A stretch of 63,651 nt of DNA, the filler included, from Psammoneis japonica (taxonomy: Eukaryota), in NCBI GenBank assembly GCA_008632985.1. It is 4 parts of 4 records of this genome, joined end to end, with 100 filler letters (N's around TTAATTAATTAA, not from the genome) between each part and the next. Parts side by side here need not be neighbours in the genome. Positions count along the whole stretch, not along the records: positions 1 to 17,003 come from QPGO01000480.1; 3 more parts are not named here. One strand, 5' to 3'. The notes below the pieces were generated by a model, which saw nothing but the letters and a program-made list of their open reading frames with translations, had not been told where the DNA came from and did no database searches. Made by a program: the position numbers and the translations under genes. How positions within the stretch are numbered: position 1 is the stretch's first letter; each line of letters starts with the position of its first letter. Shown one piece after another: positions 1 to 12,610 of this stretch.

Positions 1-1125
1 GAGGAAACACACGACAACAACGACAATGATGATGACGACAAAGATGGAGATCACACCCCTGACAAAGACGGAGATGGCTCACCCCCTCAAGATGAAGAAC
101 AAAATCATTCAGATGAGGGGGGAGAGGGGGGCAACAGCCAGCCACCAGATGACAAAGTGACTTCTGACAGAGATGGAATGGCAGAGGAGAACGACCAGCA
201 ACAGGGGGGGCAAGGAAATGACAAAGCAGATGAAGAGGAACCGTCCGCTGCAAACCCTGAGCAACAGGTGGAAGAGGACAACCAAAACATGGATGTGGCT
301 TGGCAGAGTGATGCAGATTCGAATGATGAGCCCCTTCCAAGCGGGAGTGACAGCGACAGCAGTTGCTCCCTCCTGAATCAAAGCCAGCAAGTGACGGGCT
401 CCAGTCCCAGGTGGGACTTTTTGTGACATTTGCCGCGCAGAATTCTGCGCGCAAGCTCTGCAGTTTGCACTCTGGTTGATGGATGTGTTTGTCTTTGACA
501 CAAAATGAATGGCTGAGTTTGCAGCACATGTGTCTCTCTTCGCACTTGAAGTTTTGGACAACACGCCTGCCCCACGCCATTCTCAAGACACTCGAGAATG
601 GCGCAGAAGAAAAAAATGTCAAAAGTTGCTGAGTGGATTGCCTGCTGTTTGCACTGTGAAATGATGCGATTCAAAAAACTGTCGATGTCACAGTTCAGCA
701 GCACGAGGTCCCACCTTGACCCTGGAATGCATCAAGTGCCGCGTTCCGCTGCAAGGAAAAAATGGTGGAGAATGGATGTTGTCTCCTCATCCTCTGAATC
801 ATCCTCTGAATCGGAGATTGGCGCATCAGATGATGACGACCCTTCAAGTGCTGTGGCTGCTGCCAAAGTTTCAGCCAAGATGAAAACCCTGTCAAAAGTG
901 TCTGAACCACAAAACCAGAATGTGAGGAAAAGAGTTGTTCAAGCAACTCCGGATCGTGAGACAAAAATGGATGCAAGGAAACGCAGGGCGGTGGCGCAGG
1001 CCAAAAAGGTGGAAAAAAAGGAACAGGCAAGGAGGAAGAGAATTGAGGCAGACAAGAAAAGGGGGGGAAGGCGGCGGCAAGAGCAAAGGCAATGGAGGCG
1101 GCAAGAAAGGAAAAGGAAAAAATGA
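1..1125 (+). pseudogene. Acidic/charged low-complexity coding-like region split by a MITE, function unknown
   Basis: D/E/Q-rich frame (...SCSLLNQSQQV) before 393 resumes as QVPRSAARKK...SSSSESSSE after 733 across an AAGT duplication; no recognisable domain. Confidence 0.3.
393..733 (+). mobile_element. MITE family A copy 1 (~25-bp imperfect TIRs, 4-bp TSD)
   Basis: Left end GACGGGCTCCAGTCCCAGGTGGGAC, right end GTCCCACCTTGACCCTGGAATGCATC; AAGT at 389-392 and 734-737; homologous to 31859-32247 and 40999-41324. Confidence 0.85.
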
Positions 1126-3521
1126 AGAACGCCAGCAAGCCAAAGAAGGACATGCCGCCGACAGGAAGAGTGAGGGCAGAACAACCCCCACCCATCCCAA
1201 CGAATTTGGCAAAGAAAAAAAGACGTGCAACTGGCAGCGGAACAAAAAACAACAAAAATGAAGTTCAGGCAGTTGGGCACATGCATCGACAACAAAAATG
1301 TGTACGGGGAGCATCGCAGTCTCAAAAATGGCTGCATTGCTGTGAATCCCACAACACTCATTGTCCACTTTTTGTTTTCAGGTTTGTGGCAATTTTGGCA
1401 TTCAGCCACTTGTTTTGGGTGTTGCTTTCAGTCACGCTGCCAGTCACAACATGTGAAAATGATGCTTGACTGATTCGATGTGTGCAACGACATGTCCTGA
1501 GTTCGACTGTGGATGAGAAACAGATGCGGTTGCGCGCCCATTTGGCATGGTCTGTCCATTGACAGGAGCAAAATTGCATCGATCGCTTTGGCAAATGCAT
1601 GTCCTGAGGTCGACTGTGGGTGAGAAACAGATGTGGGTGCGCATCCATTTGGCATGGTCTGTCCTTCAACCGTGGCCACTTGGCATCGATCAGGTGGGGT
1701 CTGTCATTCAACCNGTGCCACCTCATGGCCCAAACCCAAACCCTCCCATCCCAAATGCACCACATGCAATTTTTTGTTTTGCTCCCTTGGCCATTTTGCA
1801 CCTTTGAGATTTTGTGCCCTCAGCCATGTTGCGCAATTCTTGACTTTGTGCCCTTGACCTTTTTGTGCCCTTGGCTGTTTTGTGCCCTTTCCTTTTTTTG
1901 TGCCCTTGAGCATTTTTCCCCATCTCGTGGTTTTGTGCCCTTGGCCATTTTGCGCCCTTTGTGACTTTGTGCCCTTGGCCATTTTGTGCCTTTTTTGGTT
2001 TTGGGCCCTCAGCCGCATTTGGTGCCCCTCATGATTTTGTGCCTTCAGCAATTTTTGGCATTGTGGTTTTGTGCCCTTTCCCACCTTGGGCCCTTTCTGA
2101 TTTTTTGCCCTTGGCAGCTTTGCATCAAGTGCCGCGTTCCGCTGCAAGGAAAAAATGGTGGAGAATGGATGTTGTCTCCTCATCCTCTGAATCATCCTCT
2201 GAGTCGGAGATTGGCGCATCAGATGATGACGACCCTTCAAGTGCTGTGGCTGCTGCCAAAGTTTCAGCCAAGATGAAAACCCTGTCAAAAGTGTCTGAAC
2301 CACAAAACCAGAATGTGAGGAAAAGAGTTGTTCAAGCAACTCCGGATCGTGAGACAAAAATGGATGCAAGGAAACGCAGGGCGGTGGCGCAGGCCGAAAA
2401 GGTGGAAAAAAAGGAACAGGCAAGGAGGAAGAGAATTGAGGCAGACAAGAAAAGGGGGGGAAGGCGGCGGCAAGAGCAAAGGCAATGGAGGCGGCAAGAA
2501 AGGAAAAGGAAAAAATGAAGAACGCCAGCAAGCCAAAGAAGGACATGCCACCGACAGGAAGAGTGAGGGCAGAACAACCCCCACCCATCCCAACGAATTT
2601 GGCAAAGAAAAAAAGACGTGCAACTGCAGCGGAACAAAAAACAACAAAAATGAAGTTCAGGCAGTTGGGCACATGCATCGACAACAAAAATGTGTGCGGG
2701 GAGCATCGCAGTCTCAAAATGGCTGCATTGCTGTGAATCCCACAACACTCATTGTCCACTTTTTGTTTTCAGGTTTGTGGCAATTTTGGCATTCAGCCAC
2801 TTGTTTTGGGTGTTGCTTTCAGTCACGCTGCCAGTCACAACATGTGAAAATGATGCTTGACTGATTCGATGTGTGCAACGACATGTCCTGAGTTCGACTG
2901 TGGATGAGAAACAGATGCGGTTGCGCGCCCATTTGGCATGGTCTGTCCATTGACAGGAGCAAAATTGCATCGATCGCTTTGGCAAATGCACGTCCTGAGG
3001 TCGACTGTGGGTGAGAAACAGATGTGGGTGCGCATCCATTTGGCATGGTCTGTCCTTCAACCGTGGCCACTTGGCATCGATCAGGTGGGGTCTGTCATTC
3101 AACCGGAAGCGTTTCGTGCCACCTCATGGCCCAAACCCAAACCCTCCCATCCCAAATGCACCACATGCAATTTTTTGTTTTGCTCCCTTGGCCATTTTGC
3201 ACCTTTGAGATTTTGTGCCCTCAGCCATGTTGCGCAATTCTTGACTTTGTGCCCTTGACCTTTTTGTGCCCTTGGCTGTTTTGTGCCCTTTCCTTTTTTT
3301 GTGCCCTTGAGCATTTTTCCCCATCTCGTGGTTTTGTGCCCTTGGCCATTTTGCGCCCTTTGTGACTTTGTGCCCTTGGCCATTTTGTGCCTTTTTTGGT
3401 TTTGGGCCCTCAGCCGCATTTGGTGCCCCTCATGATTTTGTGCCTTCAGCAATTTTTGGCATTGTGGTTTTGTGCCCTTTCCCACCTTGGGCCCTTTCTG
3501 ATTTTTTGCCCTTGGCAGCTT
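729..3521. repeat. Near-identical ~1.4-kb tandem duplication (729-2121 / 2122-3521)
   Basis: GCATCAAGTGCCGCGTTCC... restarts at ~2122; only a few SNPs and indels; single N at 1714. Confidence 0.9.
1775..2121. repeat. Degenerate TTTTGTGCCCTT-core minisatellite, copy 1
   Basis: GTGCCC/GCGCCC cores preceded by T-runs recur roughly every 20 bp. Confidence 0.8.
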
Positions 3522-3657
3522 TGTGCCCTCAGCCGCCATTTTGCACCCTCAGTCATTTTGTGACCTCAGCAATTTCATGCCCCTGCCTGGTTTGTGCTCT
3601 TTGTGATTTGGCGCCCTCAACAGACATTTTTTGTCCTTTTTGATTTTGTGCCCTTGC
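3176..3657. repeat. Degenerate TTTTGTGCCCTT-core minisatellite, copy 2
   Basis: Same array, ends at the Copia LTR edge; collinear with 13932-14398. Confidence 0.8.
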
Positions 3658-3884
3658 TGAAGACACGACAAAGCAGCTTGTGTTACAAAGAGCAAGAGCT
3701 CAAGGTTGCATCAGAGCAGCAGAAGTCATTGTCAAAGTTCTCTGTGGAGAAATTATGATTGCAAAACTGACGAGAGGTCTCAACGACCGAATTTGTGAGA
3801 AGAGAAGAGATTTGAATCTTGGTGACGCAAGCGACACACAGAAATGTCCGAAATGACGTTGACAGAATGACTTTGACATTTTGA
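3658..3884 (-). repeat. Putative 3' LTR of the Copia element
   Basis: Follows the polypurine tract and ends ...GTCTTCA on the minus strand at the minisatellite border; no second copy in the window to confirm. Confidence 0.5.
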
Positions 3885-4464
3885 CTCTCCCTCTCAAATG
3901 CAGAGCTGCCAGCCAGCCAGACTCTTCTGACCGGATTCAAATGGAGCTTGGGCTGACCCCTTTGCAAGCTGATCTGCAAGCTGAGAGTCAATTCCTGCAG
4001 GCTCAATGATGATCTCGAGTGCTTCAACTTTAGTGCGGAACCAATGACAGGGAGCGCCAATGTGTTTGGCACAAGGAGACATCTTCGCCATTTTCGCAAA
4101 CTTGAGACACACTTGGTTGTCCTTGCAGATGATGGAGGAAGGAATCGCGCCGTCTTTTCACATCAGAAAAGGCTTTGGATTTGGCAGCAGTGGGAGCAGA
4201 AGCATTCTTGCGCCCGAGTGCGTGACACTGAATTTCTTTCAAAATTTCTCGGATCGGAATCAGGTCGCGCATGCCAGCCGACAGTGCCAGACATTCTGCC
4301 TCCACAGCAGAGAGGGCAATCTGCATCTGCAGCTTGGAGACCCACAGAACAGGACAGTCGCAATGCAAAATGACACATCCTGTACGAGACTTGACACTCA
4401 CAGGGTCTTGGGAGTTTTCATGACCGCAGAGTCCAGCAAAATTGGCATCCACAAAACAATCAAC

Positions 4465-7400
4465 TCATTTGTTGTCGCTGGGGCGTGGATGGAGGCCCTT
4501 GTCCTTGGCACCTTGAAGATGACGAAGAATGCGCTTCACTGCAATGGCATGAGAGTGTTCAGGAGCACAGGAGAAGCGAGCGGCTTGATGGGTGGTGCGC
4601 GTGATGTCGGGACGGGAGTTTGCCGACAAGTGCACGAGCATCCCGACAACAGATCGGCAATCCCATGGTTTGGCAAAATCGGCTCCCTCTGAATCAGCAT
4701 GGCACGGAGAAGCAGTGCAAGGCATGGGAGAAGGACGACAATCTTCCATGCCAGCAGCTTTGAGGACCTTGTCGGTCAGACCTGGTTGAGTCAGTGGGAA
4801 CTCCTTGGGTCCGGTCTTGCGAATCTTGACACCTGGGAAGTTGCCAACTTCTCCTTCATTACGAAGCTCGAAAATGTGACGTTGTTCTTCCTTTTGAATT
4901 CCTGGAGCGGCAATCTCGCATTCCAGAAGGTCTCTGTCAGCACCAGCGAGGATGGCATCGTCGACGTGTGCGGCACAAATCATGCCATCCTTGAAGAACA
5001 GACATGGATCTGCAGCTGACTGAATCCACCCTCGTTCAAGTGATCCTTCGCGGAGCTTTTCGTGGAAGCATTTCGGGGCTTGTTTCAACCCATGGAGCGT
5101 CTTGAGCAGCTTGAGAACCATGTTCGCACCTGAAGAGTGACCAAAGCACTTGGGAGGTTCGACACAAACGTCTTCAGCAATGTCAGCTTGTGCAAACGCA
5201 TTTGTGCAGTCAACTTGACGAGCTTTCCACCCTTCTTGCAATGCAGCACTCAACAGCAAACGAGCAGTCGACCACTGGACCACTGGAGCGCAAGTCTCGA
5301 AGTGGTTGACTCCCTCTTGCTGCAAATCGCCACGACAACAAAATCGAGCCTTGAATTTCAGCGGAGCACCGTCGGGCAAGCGTTTCAACTTAAATGCCCA
5401 TGTTGATTTCAACACATTCATGGATGAATCGCGCTTGACAAATTTCCAAGTTTTACGATGAACAAGCGCGGCCACTTCGGTCTTCATGGCCTCGACACAT
5501 TGCTCGGCGAATTCGCCCGTGAGAGCTTCTCGCATGTTCGGCGCATCGTCATTCTTCTTGGCCTTTGTAGCGCAGACACGAGGGTCTTGAATGTCCAATT
5601 GTCCACTGTCACAGCAGGTCTGGATCTGAGCAAGACAGGTGAGCTGGGAATGGTGTCCTCCAGCATCCAATGGCTCGACTGAGGCCAAACAGACTTCGTT
5701 GGCAAAACGAGTTTTAGCTTGCTTGCCTTTGTTTGATCTTTGTGAGTGACGCACATTCTGCTCAGTCGTGGATGGGACTGGAACATCAGGAGCCGGGACT
5801 GGGATGTCCGATGACTCCGGGCCAGATTGAGGTGGCGGACGTACGAGAGGCGGTGCATGACCAACTTCAGAATCGCTCGTTGATGGATTGGGGTTTTGTG
5901 GTGGCTGCGATGGCGGTTCCTGTGGTGGCGCCAATGGCAAGTCGTCTGTGTTTGATGGTGTGGACACATCAGGACGTGCAGATGGTGGCGGTTCGATGAC
6001 TGGAGCGACAGGCTTCGAAGACTTTGTAGCAGCAGGCTGTTGTTGACGTGCATTCCTGACAAGATGCTCGCGTTCTTCATGTCGCCATTTCTGCTCGAGT
6101 TCTGCAGGAGCAAGCCAATCGTCTTGGAGGAACAATTGTTTGTTGCTTGAATCCAGTGGCATCTGGATGACACTCTCCAAACAGAGCTCTTCCCAGTGAT
6201 CAGGTGGCTCGCTCTCCCTCTCAATTGATGCGACCGTGGCAAAGAGATCGTCGAATGCCACATGATGCTGAGGAGCAATGGACCCGGCACTCAAGTTCAG
6301 GACCAGTGGAACCTCGCCAGCGTGAACCAAGCTGAGGCCGAGAAAAACACCACGCCGTGATCGTGGTTGCCAACGCGGCAATTTCTGTCCTTGCTGCAAC
6401 TTGGGATCCAAGACGTAGACAGGACACCCCCAAGCATGTAAATTGAGCAAACAGTGGCGTGGGATGGTGGATCCGGTGAAAATGTCGGCAGGACAAAGTC
6501 CATTTGATCCCGGAGTGTTGTTGTAAATGTGGGCGGCACAGTTGACCGCCATGGGCCACAAGGAGCTGTCAATGCCACCACGCCAATGGATGGACACGTG
6601 GAGGATCATGGCTTGCGCCACATTGGACACAGAACGAATGGACCGCTCCGCAACGCCATTCTGGTGATGGGCATTTGTTCCACAATGGTGGATGCGTTGC
6701 TGAGATTTGCGGACATGGGCAACAAACTTGTTGGCCTTGAAAGCACCATTGTCGGCAAGGTGCTCCTGCACGATGATGCCGTGACCCAGAGCCATCTGCT
6801 CACAACCTTGTTTTGCCCGCATCGTCTCAACTGCAGAGAAACCAACTTGATGCTCAACGTGTGTGAACCCAGAGGCATGATCGACGAAAATGCAGCCGCC
6901 AACACACTGCTGGGAGGGGGGTTTGCCACAGGAATCACAGGTGCAACCCTCAGCGAGGATGGCATCGTCGACGTGTGCGGCACAAATCATGCCATCCTTG
7001 AAGAACAGACATGGATCTGCAGCTGACTGAATCCACCCTCGTTCAAGTGATCCTTCGCGGAGCTTTTCGTGGAAGCATTTCGGGGCTTGTTTCAACCCAT
7101 GGAGCGTCTTGAGCAGCTTGAGAACCATGTTCGCACCTGAAGAGTGACCAAAGCACTTGGGAGGTTCGACACAAACGTCTTCAGCAATGTCAGCTTGTGC
7201 AAACGCATTTGTGCAGTCAACTTGACGAGCTTTCCACCCTTCTTGCAATGCAGCACTCAACAGCAAACGAGCAGTCGACCACTGGACCACTGGAGCGCAA
7301 GTCTCGAAGTGGTTGACTCCCTCTTGCTGCAAATCGCCACGACAACAAAATCGAGCCTTGAATTTCAGCGGAGCACCGTCGGGCAAGCGTTTCAACTTAA

Positions 7401-9640
7401 ATGCCCATGTTGATTTCAACACATTCATGGATGAATCGCGCTTGACAAATTTCCAAGTTTTACGATGAACAAGCGCGGCCACTTCGGTCTTCATGGCCTC
7501 GACACATTGCTCGGCGAATTCGCCCGTGAGAGCTTCTCGCATGTTTGGCGCATCGTCATTCTTCTTGGCCTTTGTAGCGCAGACACGAGGGTCTTGAATG
7601 TCCAATTGTCCACTGTCACAGCAGGTCTGGATCTGAGCAAGACAGGTGAGCTGGGAATGGTGTCCTCCAGCATCCAATGGCTCGACTGAGGCCAAACAGA
7701 CTTCGTTGGCAAAACGAGTTTTAGCTTGCTTGCCTTTGTTTGATCTTTGTGAGTGACGCACATTCTGCTCAGTCGTGGATGGGACTGGAACATCAGGAGC
7801 CGGGACTGGGATGTCCGATGACTCCGGGCCAGATTGAGGTGGCGGACGTACGAGAGGCGGTGCATGACCAACTTCAGAATCGCTCGTTGATGGATTGGGG
7901 TTTTGTGGTGGCTGCGATGGCGGTTCCTGTGGTGGCGCCAATGGCAAGTCGTCTGTGTTTGATGGTGTGGACACATCAGGACGTGCAGATGGTGGCGGTT
8001 CGATGACTGGAGCGACAGGCTTCGAAGACTTTGTAGCAGCAGGCTGTTGTTGACGTGCATTCCTGACAAGATGCTCGCGTTCTTCATGTCGCCATTTCTG
8101 CTCGAGTTCTGCAGGAGCAAGCCAATCGTCTTGGAGGAACAATTGTTTGTTGCTTGAATCCAGTGGCATCTGGATGACACTCTCCAAACAGAGCTCTTCC
8201 CAGTGATCAGGTGGCTCGCTCTCCCTCTCAATTGATGCGACCGTGGCAAAGAGATCGTCGAATGCCACATGATGCTGAGGAGCAATGGACCCGGCACTCA
8301 AGTTCAGGACCAGTGGAACCTCGCCAGCGTGAACCAAGCTGAGGCCGAGAAAAACACCACGCCGTGATCGTGGTTGCCAACGCGGCAATTTCTGTCCTTG
8401 CTGCAACTTGGGATCCAAGACGTAGACAGGACACCCCCAAGCATGTAAATTGAGCAAACAGTGGCGTGGGATGGTGGATCCGGTGAAAATGTCGGCAGGA
8501 CAAAGTCCATTTGATCCCGGAGTGTTGTTGTAAATGTGGGCGGCACAGTTGACCGCCATGGGCCACAAGGAGCTGTCAATGCCACCACGCCAATGGATGG
8601 ACACGTGGAGGATCATGGCTTGCGCCACATTGGACACAGAACGAATGGACCGCTCCGCAACGCCATTCTGGTGATGGGCATTTGTTCCACAATGGTGGAT
8701 GCGTTGCTGAGATTTGCGGACATGGGCAACAAACTTGTTGGCCTTGAAAGCACCATTGTCGGCAAGGTGCTCCTGCACGATGATGCCGTGACCCAGAGCC
8801 ATCTGCTCACAACCTTGTTTTGCCCGCATCGTCTCAACTGCAGAGAAACCAACTTGATGCTCAACGTGTGTGAACCCAGAGGCATGATCGACGAAAATGC
8901 AGCCGCCAACACACTGCTGGGAGGGGGGTTTGCCACAGGAATCACAGGTGCGACCCTTCAGATGCGACTCGAAGTGATCAATGCTCATGGACTGACCTGG
9001 ATGGAGATGACCAGCCTTGAGTGCACCATCGCGTTCGGGGACAGCAGGACGGCGGTGAGCCTTGGCATGCTCGCAGGCATCACATTTGGGGATGTCACAC
9101 TTGGAAGCAGACGCGAACTTGAGAGCGGTGAAAGGAGGCCGGCGGAGAAGAGCTTGGATGCGTGGAAAATTGAGATGCCCAAACCGAGCATGTGTGTCCA
9201 CGAGCAGCTTCTGCCCAGAGGACAGATTTAGATTGTCAGGGTCAGCAATGGTGCTCAAATTGACCTGAGGAGCAAACACAGTGCCGCGAGACGTGTGACC
9301 AACCGGCAAGTTTGAGCGCTCATCGTGTGGAACTTGGATCTCGGGTGTGCCGTAAAAACAAATCTTGAAGATCTCACTGTCACCCCAAAAATGGCCTCGA
9401 ACACCTGCAGGATGAAAGAGACGTTGAGGGGACAGAAGGTGCACCTTGGAACGAGGGACATGACAGCAGCAAGTCTGGACATTGACGTTGCTGCCGTCGG
9501 CAGCCTGGAAGCACCAAGAGACAGTGCCAACGCCCTCAGCGGGAAGGCCGCCAGCCATCCCACCAAGCTTGAGAGGCTCAGACAGCAATTCAATCTCGCC
9601 ATCAAAGTCCTCCTCATCCGGAGAGATGGTGAGAAAGCAC
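4465..9640 (-). pseudogene. Copia pol (integrase-RT) with in-frame 2007-bp internal duplication and mutated catalytic motifs
   Basis: ORF 4465..9858; IN-RT block occurs twice; I count only 6 Tyr in 1797 aa; HVDD instead of YVDD. Confidence 0.85.
4944..8957. repeat. Tandem 2007-bp duplication (4944-6950 / 6951-8957)
   Basis: CAGCGAGGATGGCATCGTCG restarts at 6951; ORF track repeats with a 2007 offset (5137/7144, 5484/7491). Confidence 0.95.
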
Positions 9641-12610
9641 CAGTGTTGAAGACGACCTCCAGTGACAACTGCCCGATGGACATGAGAATGGCAGGGTCCC
9701 CAGCCAGGCGAGACAGTTGGGTGGCTCCAGTGAGAGCCTGAACAGCAGCTGCGGCAGGTTGTCCAATAGAAGCAGGGGACGCACCAGCAGCTTGAGCAGC
9801 CAGTGCTGCGACAGAAGGTTGGAACTCGGTGCAGTCGACCACATGGTGGGCTCGACACAACTCGGAGATCCCAAAGATGTCAGGACTGGAGAAGCCAGAC
9901 TCGCGAAAGGCAGCAGCATCAAAGAAGGACTCTTGAAAGACAGGTGGGTCCTCACAGGCATCAAAGCAGCAATCGAGCTCACAGGCCTTGATCAACTCGT
10001 GAAGCTTGAAAGGCAAGGTCGTCATGTCATGCGTTGCTCCCTCTGGCACCAAGACCTCACGCTGGAACTGCTTGATCTTCAGATGATGATGCTGCAGCAG
10101 GGTGCCAGGGGTCAAGACGACATGTTCGTCAAGAGCTTGAACAACCTCGTGGGTCTGAGAGCAGAGACGCTGCAAGGGAATGCCAGGATGGGGTGGGGCG
10201 CAGCCGAGACAGACGGAGAGCCAAAGCGCAATCGCACAGGAGATCACGCCCCAATGACGCAGATGACTGAAAAGAGCAGGCTTGCGCTTGAGACGGCGAT
10301 GGCGACACGAGGGCGGCGGCGGATCACCACCAGCACCCACCAGCCGTGGGATGCCTTCCCAAAGAAGAGCAGAGAACCAAAAGACTGGGATCTTGAGGAG
10401 GGGCCAGAGCCAGCAAGAAGTGGGCTGAGGTTCCACGTCAAGGACATTCGGAGCAGGCTCAGAGATCGCATCGTAGAACTCGTCATCAAGTGCAGGAGAC
10501 TCAACAGGAGGCGGTGGATCATCCAAGATGGAAGGCTCCGGTGGGGACATCGAAGCAGGAAAGAGGATGACCGAATCATCCCAATCCAAATTGTCGCAAG
10601 CATCACAGCAATTGCTGAAATCGTCAGCATCTTCTGGGCCAACCGTCTCAACCAAAATTGCACGCTGCTCCCTCTCAGCGGCAGGACTGGGAAGGACGGA
10701 GACTCGTGTGACGGGAGCAGTGTTGCCGGATGCATCCTTGACAGGACAGCAACAGAACCCGGTCCAGACTGGTTCCTCCTCTGAAACGGGGGGAGCATCA
10801 TCGTCGGACGACGGATCGGGCTTGGTGGACGTAGGATCGGCGGTGGTCTGAGCGGGTGGCCCAGCCGGCACGCCGGAATCGGGATCGGCCACGGAAGCAA
10901 GGTTGGCATCCGGCTGTTCCTTCTTGGGTGGCTTGTTGGTGTGGGCGGCATCCTTGTGACCAGCATGGAGGCCCTTGATGCCAGTGTGGCGGCACGTGCA
11001 CTTGGTGCAAAAGTGAGCAGTCGACCCACACTTGTTGACGACTGGCTGGTTGAGATCAGCCGGACGAGTGCAGCGATGGGGCTTGTTTGCCAACAGCTCC
11101 TTGAACTTTGCTTGTTTGGCCACAGGTGCATTCGCTGGAGCAACAGTGCTGGGAGGAGACGTGGAAGGAGGGGGGTGGAGCACCTGCTGGCGGTTGACCC
11201 TTGCGTTGTTGGCGGGCAAGCTTCTTCAGGCGCTGACGTTCCTCATGCTTGGGACACTTTTTGTCATTGGCCCAGGTGGTCTGGAGCACCACAAGCGTTG
11301 CAAGCTCCCTTGCGCTTGGTGTGGTTGCCCTGAGGGAGTTTGGCAGAGAGACCTGGCCAGCCCTTGTCGGCAACGAAGTTACGATGCCTCGTTTGAAGGA
11401 AGGTGATGTGCGCAGTCGGACCAAGAGTTCCGCAGTCCTTGTCCTTGGCAAGTGGCGCTGGGTCCGTCAAACGATGCTTGCGTTCCATGGCCGTCACCTT
11501 GTCCAACTGGGTGAAGATTGCTTGATTGAATGCTTTGCCAGAGGTCTTGGAGCACTTCCGAAGGAGATCGGACCCGAGAGAGATGGGGAGCGCGCGTCCT
11601 GTTTGCAGGATCTTGGTGAGGCGGAGAGCTTCGGTGGCAAACTCGGTGACATCCTCGCCAGCACAGGAGTCAAGCATCAAAGCCTTGAAGTCTTCAGCAG
11701 CTTGAGCGACATCATGCATGGCGGAGGCATTGCAAGTCTCGAGAGCCATCACAAAAATGATTTGCCCAGGGTGGCATCGGAAGAGGTTGCGATGACCGAA
11801 TTGAGTTTCAATCTTCTCACAGAATTGGTGAGTGACACGAGACTCGACGACAAGACGTGAAAGCTTGACATCATCGTGCTCATGTTTGTCGTGTGCCGAA
11901 TCGTCTGTCGCCTTGTTGGCGTGTTCGTCATGCTCCGCAATGAACCTCGTCGACGGCGAAGCTGTGGAGGTGAGTGAAGAGGTCAACGACCTTCTTGTCC
12001 AACTTCGTGATGAAAAAATTTTCCAATCCATGCTCATTCACTGACGTGCAGACTGCTTGAACGAAGTGTTCCTTGTTGAGCTCATTCGTCTTGCCGTTGG
12101 GAATCTCTGGGTTCCCGTCAAACTTGACGATGTCGGTTCCATCTCAGGCGTCTCGGAGATTGCGCTCTGTGTGAGGAAGAATCTTCTTGTCCCGAGACTG
12201 GTTGGCAGAGCGACAGGTGCGCTTGAGCTTGAGATGGCACTCATCATTCAGCGGTGATCCACCCATGTGGCGACCATGTTCCGGATGGATTCCGCCACAG
12301 ATCGGAGGTGGACGAGGTTGCTGAACATTGGAACGCAACGACTGTTGGTTGGAGCGTGACTGTTGAGCAGCAGCACCGGCAGACTGGTTCTGTTGAGCGG
12401 CGGCACCAGTGGACTGATTCTGTTGAGCGGCAGGACCAGTGGACTGGTTTTGTTGTGCCGTGGGAGGCGGCGGAGGCTGACCAGCAGGAGTCTTGGGCGG
12501 AGGAGGATTGTTCGTCATGGCAGAGACAACTTTTTGTGCAGCTGCAGCACCAAATGCACGCAGTCAACTCAACAACGGATCAATGGAACGAACTTTGAGT
12601 TGCAGAGCTT

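Larger units (their letters stand above)
3658..12520 (-). mobile_element. Ty1/Copia LTR retrotransposon (diatom CoDi-like), TpA-hypermutated, 5' LTR not found
   Basis: Order gag (CNACGAPDH knuckle), protease remnant (VVFNTGAF), GAG-pre-integrase (HARFGHLNF, CDAC), integrase (DNG, HQNGVAER), RT (KARFCCRGD, LHGLKQAP, HVDD), RNase H (SRTG, WVSKLQ, ADQLAKG); purine tract GAGAGGGAGAGT on the minus strand at ~3884-3895. Confidence 0.93.

Noticed and set aside
393..733. ADAR-type RNA editing or RT error as the sole cause
   Set aside because: DNA-transposon derivatives and intron-containing genes are hit on both strands; a contribution in retroelements cannot be excluded
1775..3657. CRISPR-like array
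   Set aside because: Short degenerate cores without constant repeats or unique spacers, no cas genes, eukaryotic context
3658..12520. CpG deamination or classical RIP as the cause of TG/CA excess
   Set aside because: CG is abundant here, conserved Tyr codons show the ancestor was TA, and RIP would increase TA
3658..12520. Alternative genetic code or recoding of Tyr
   Set aside because: Island genes use TAY, TAA and TAG normally, and non-coding MITEs and LTRs show the same changes
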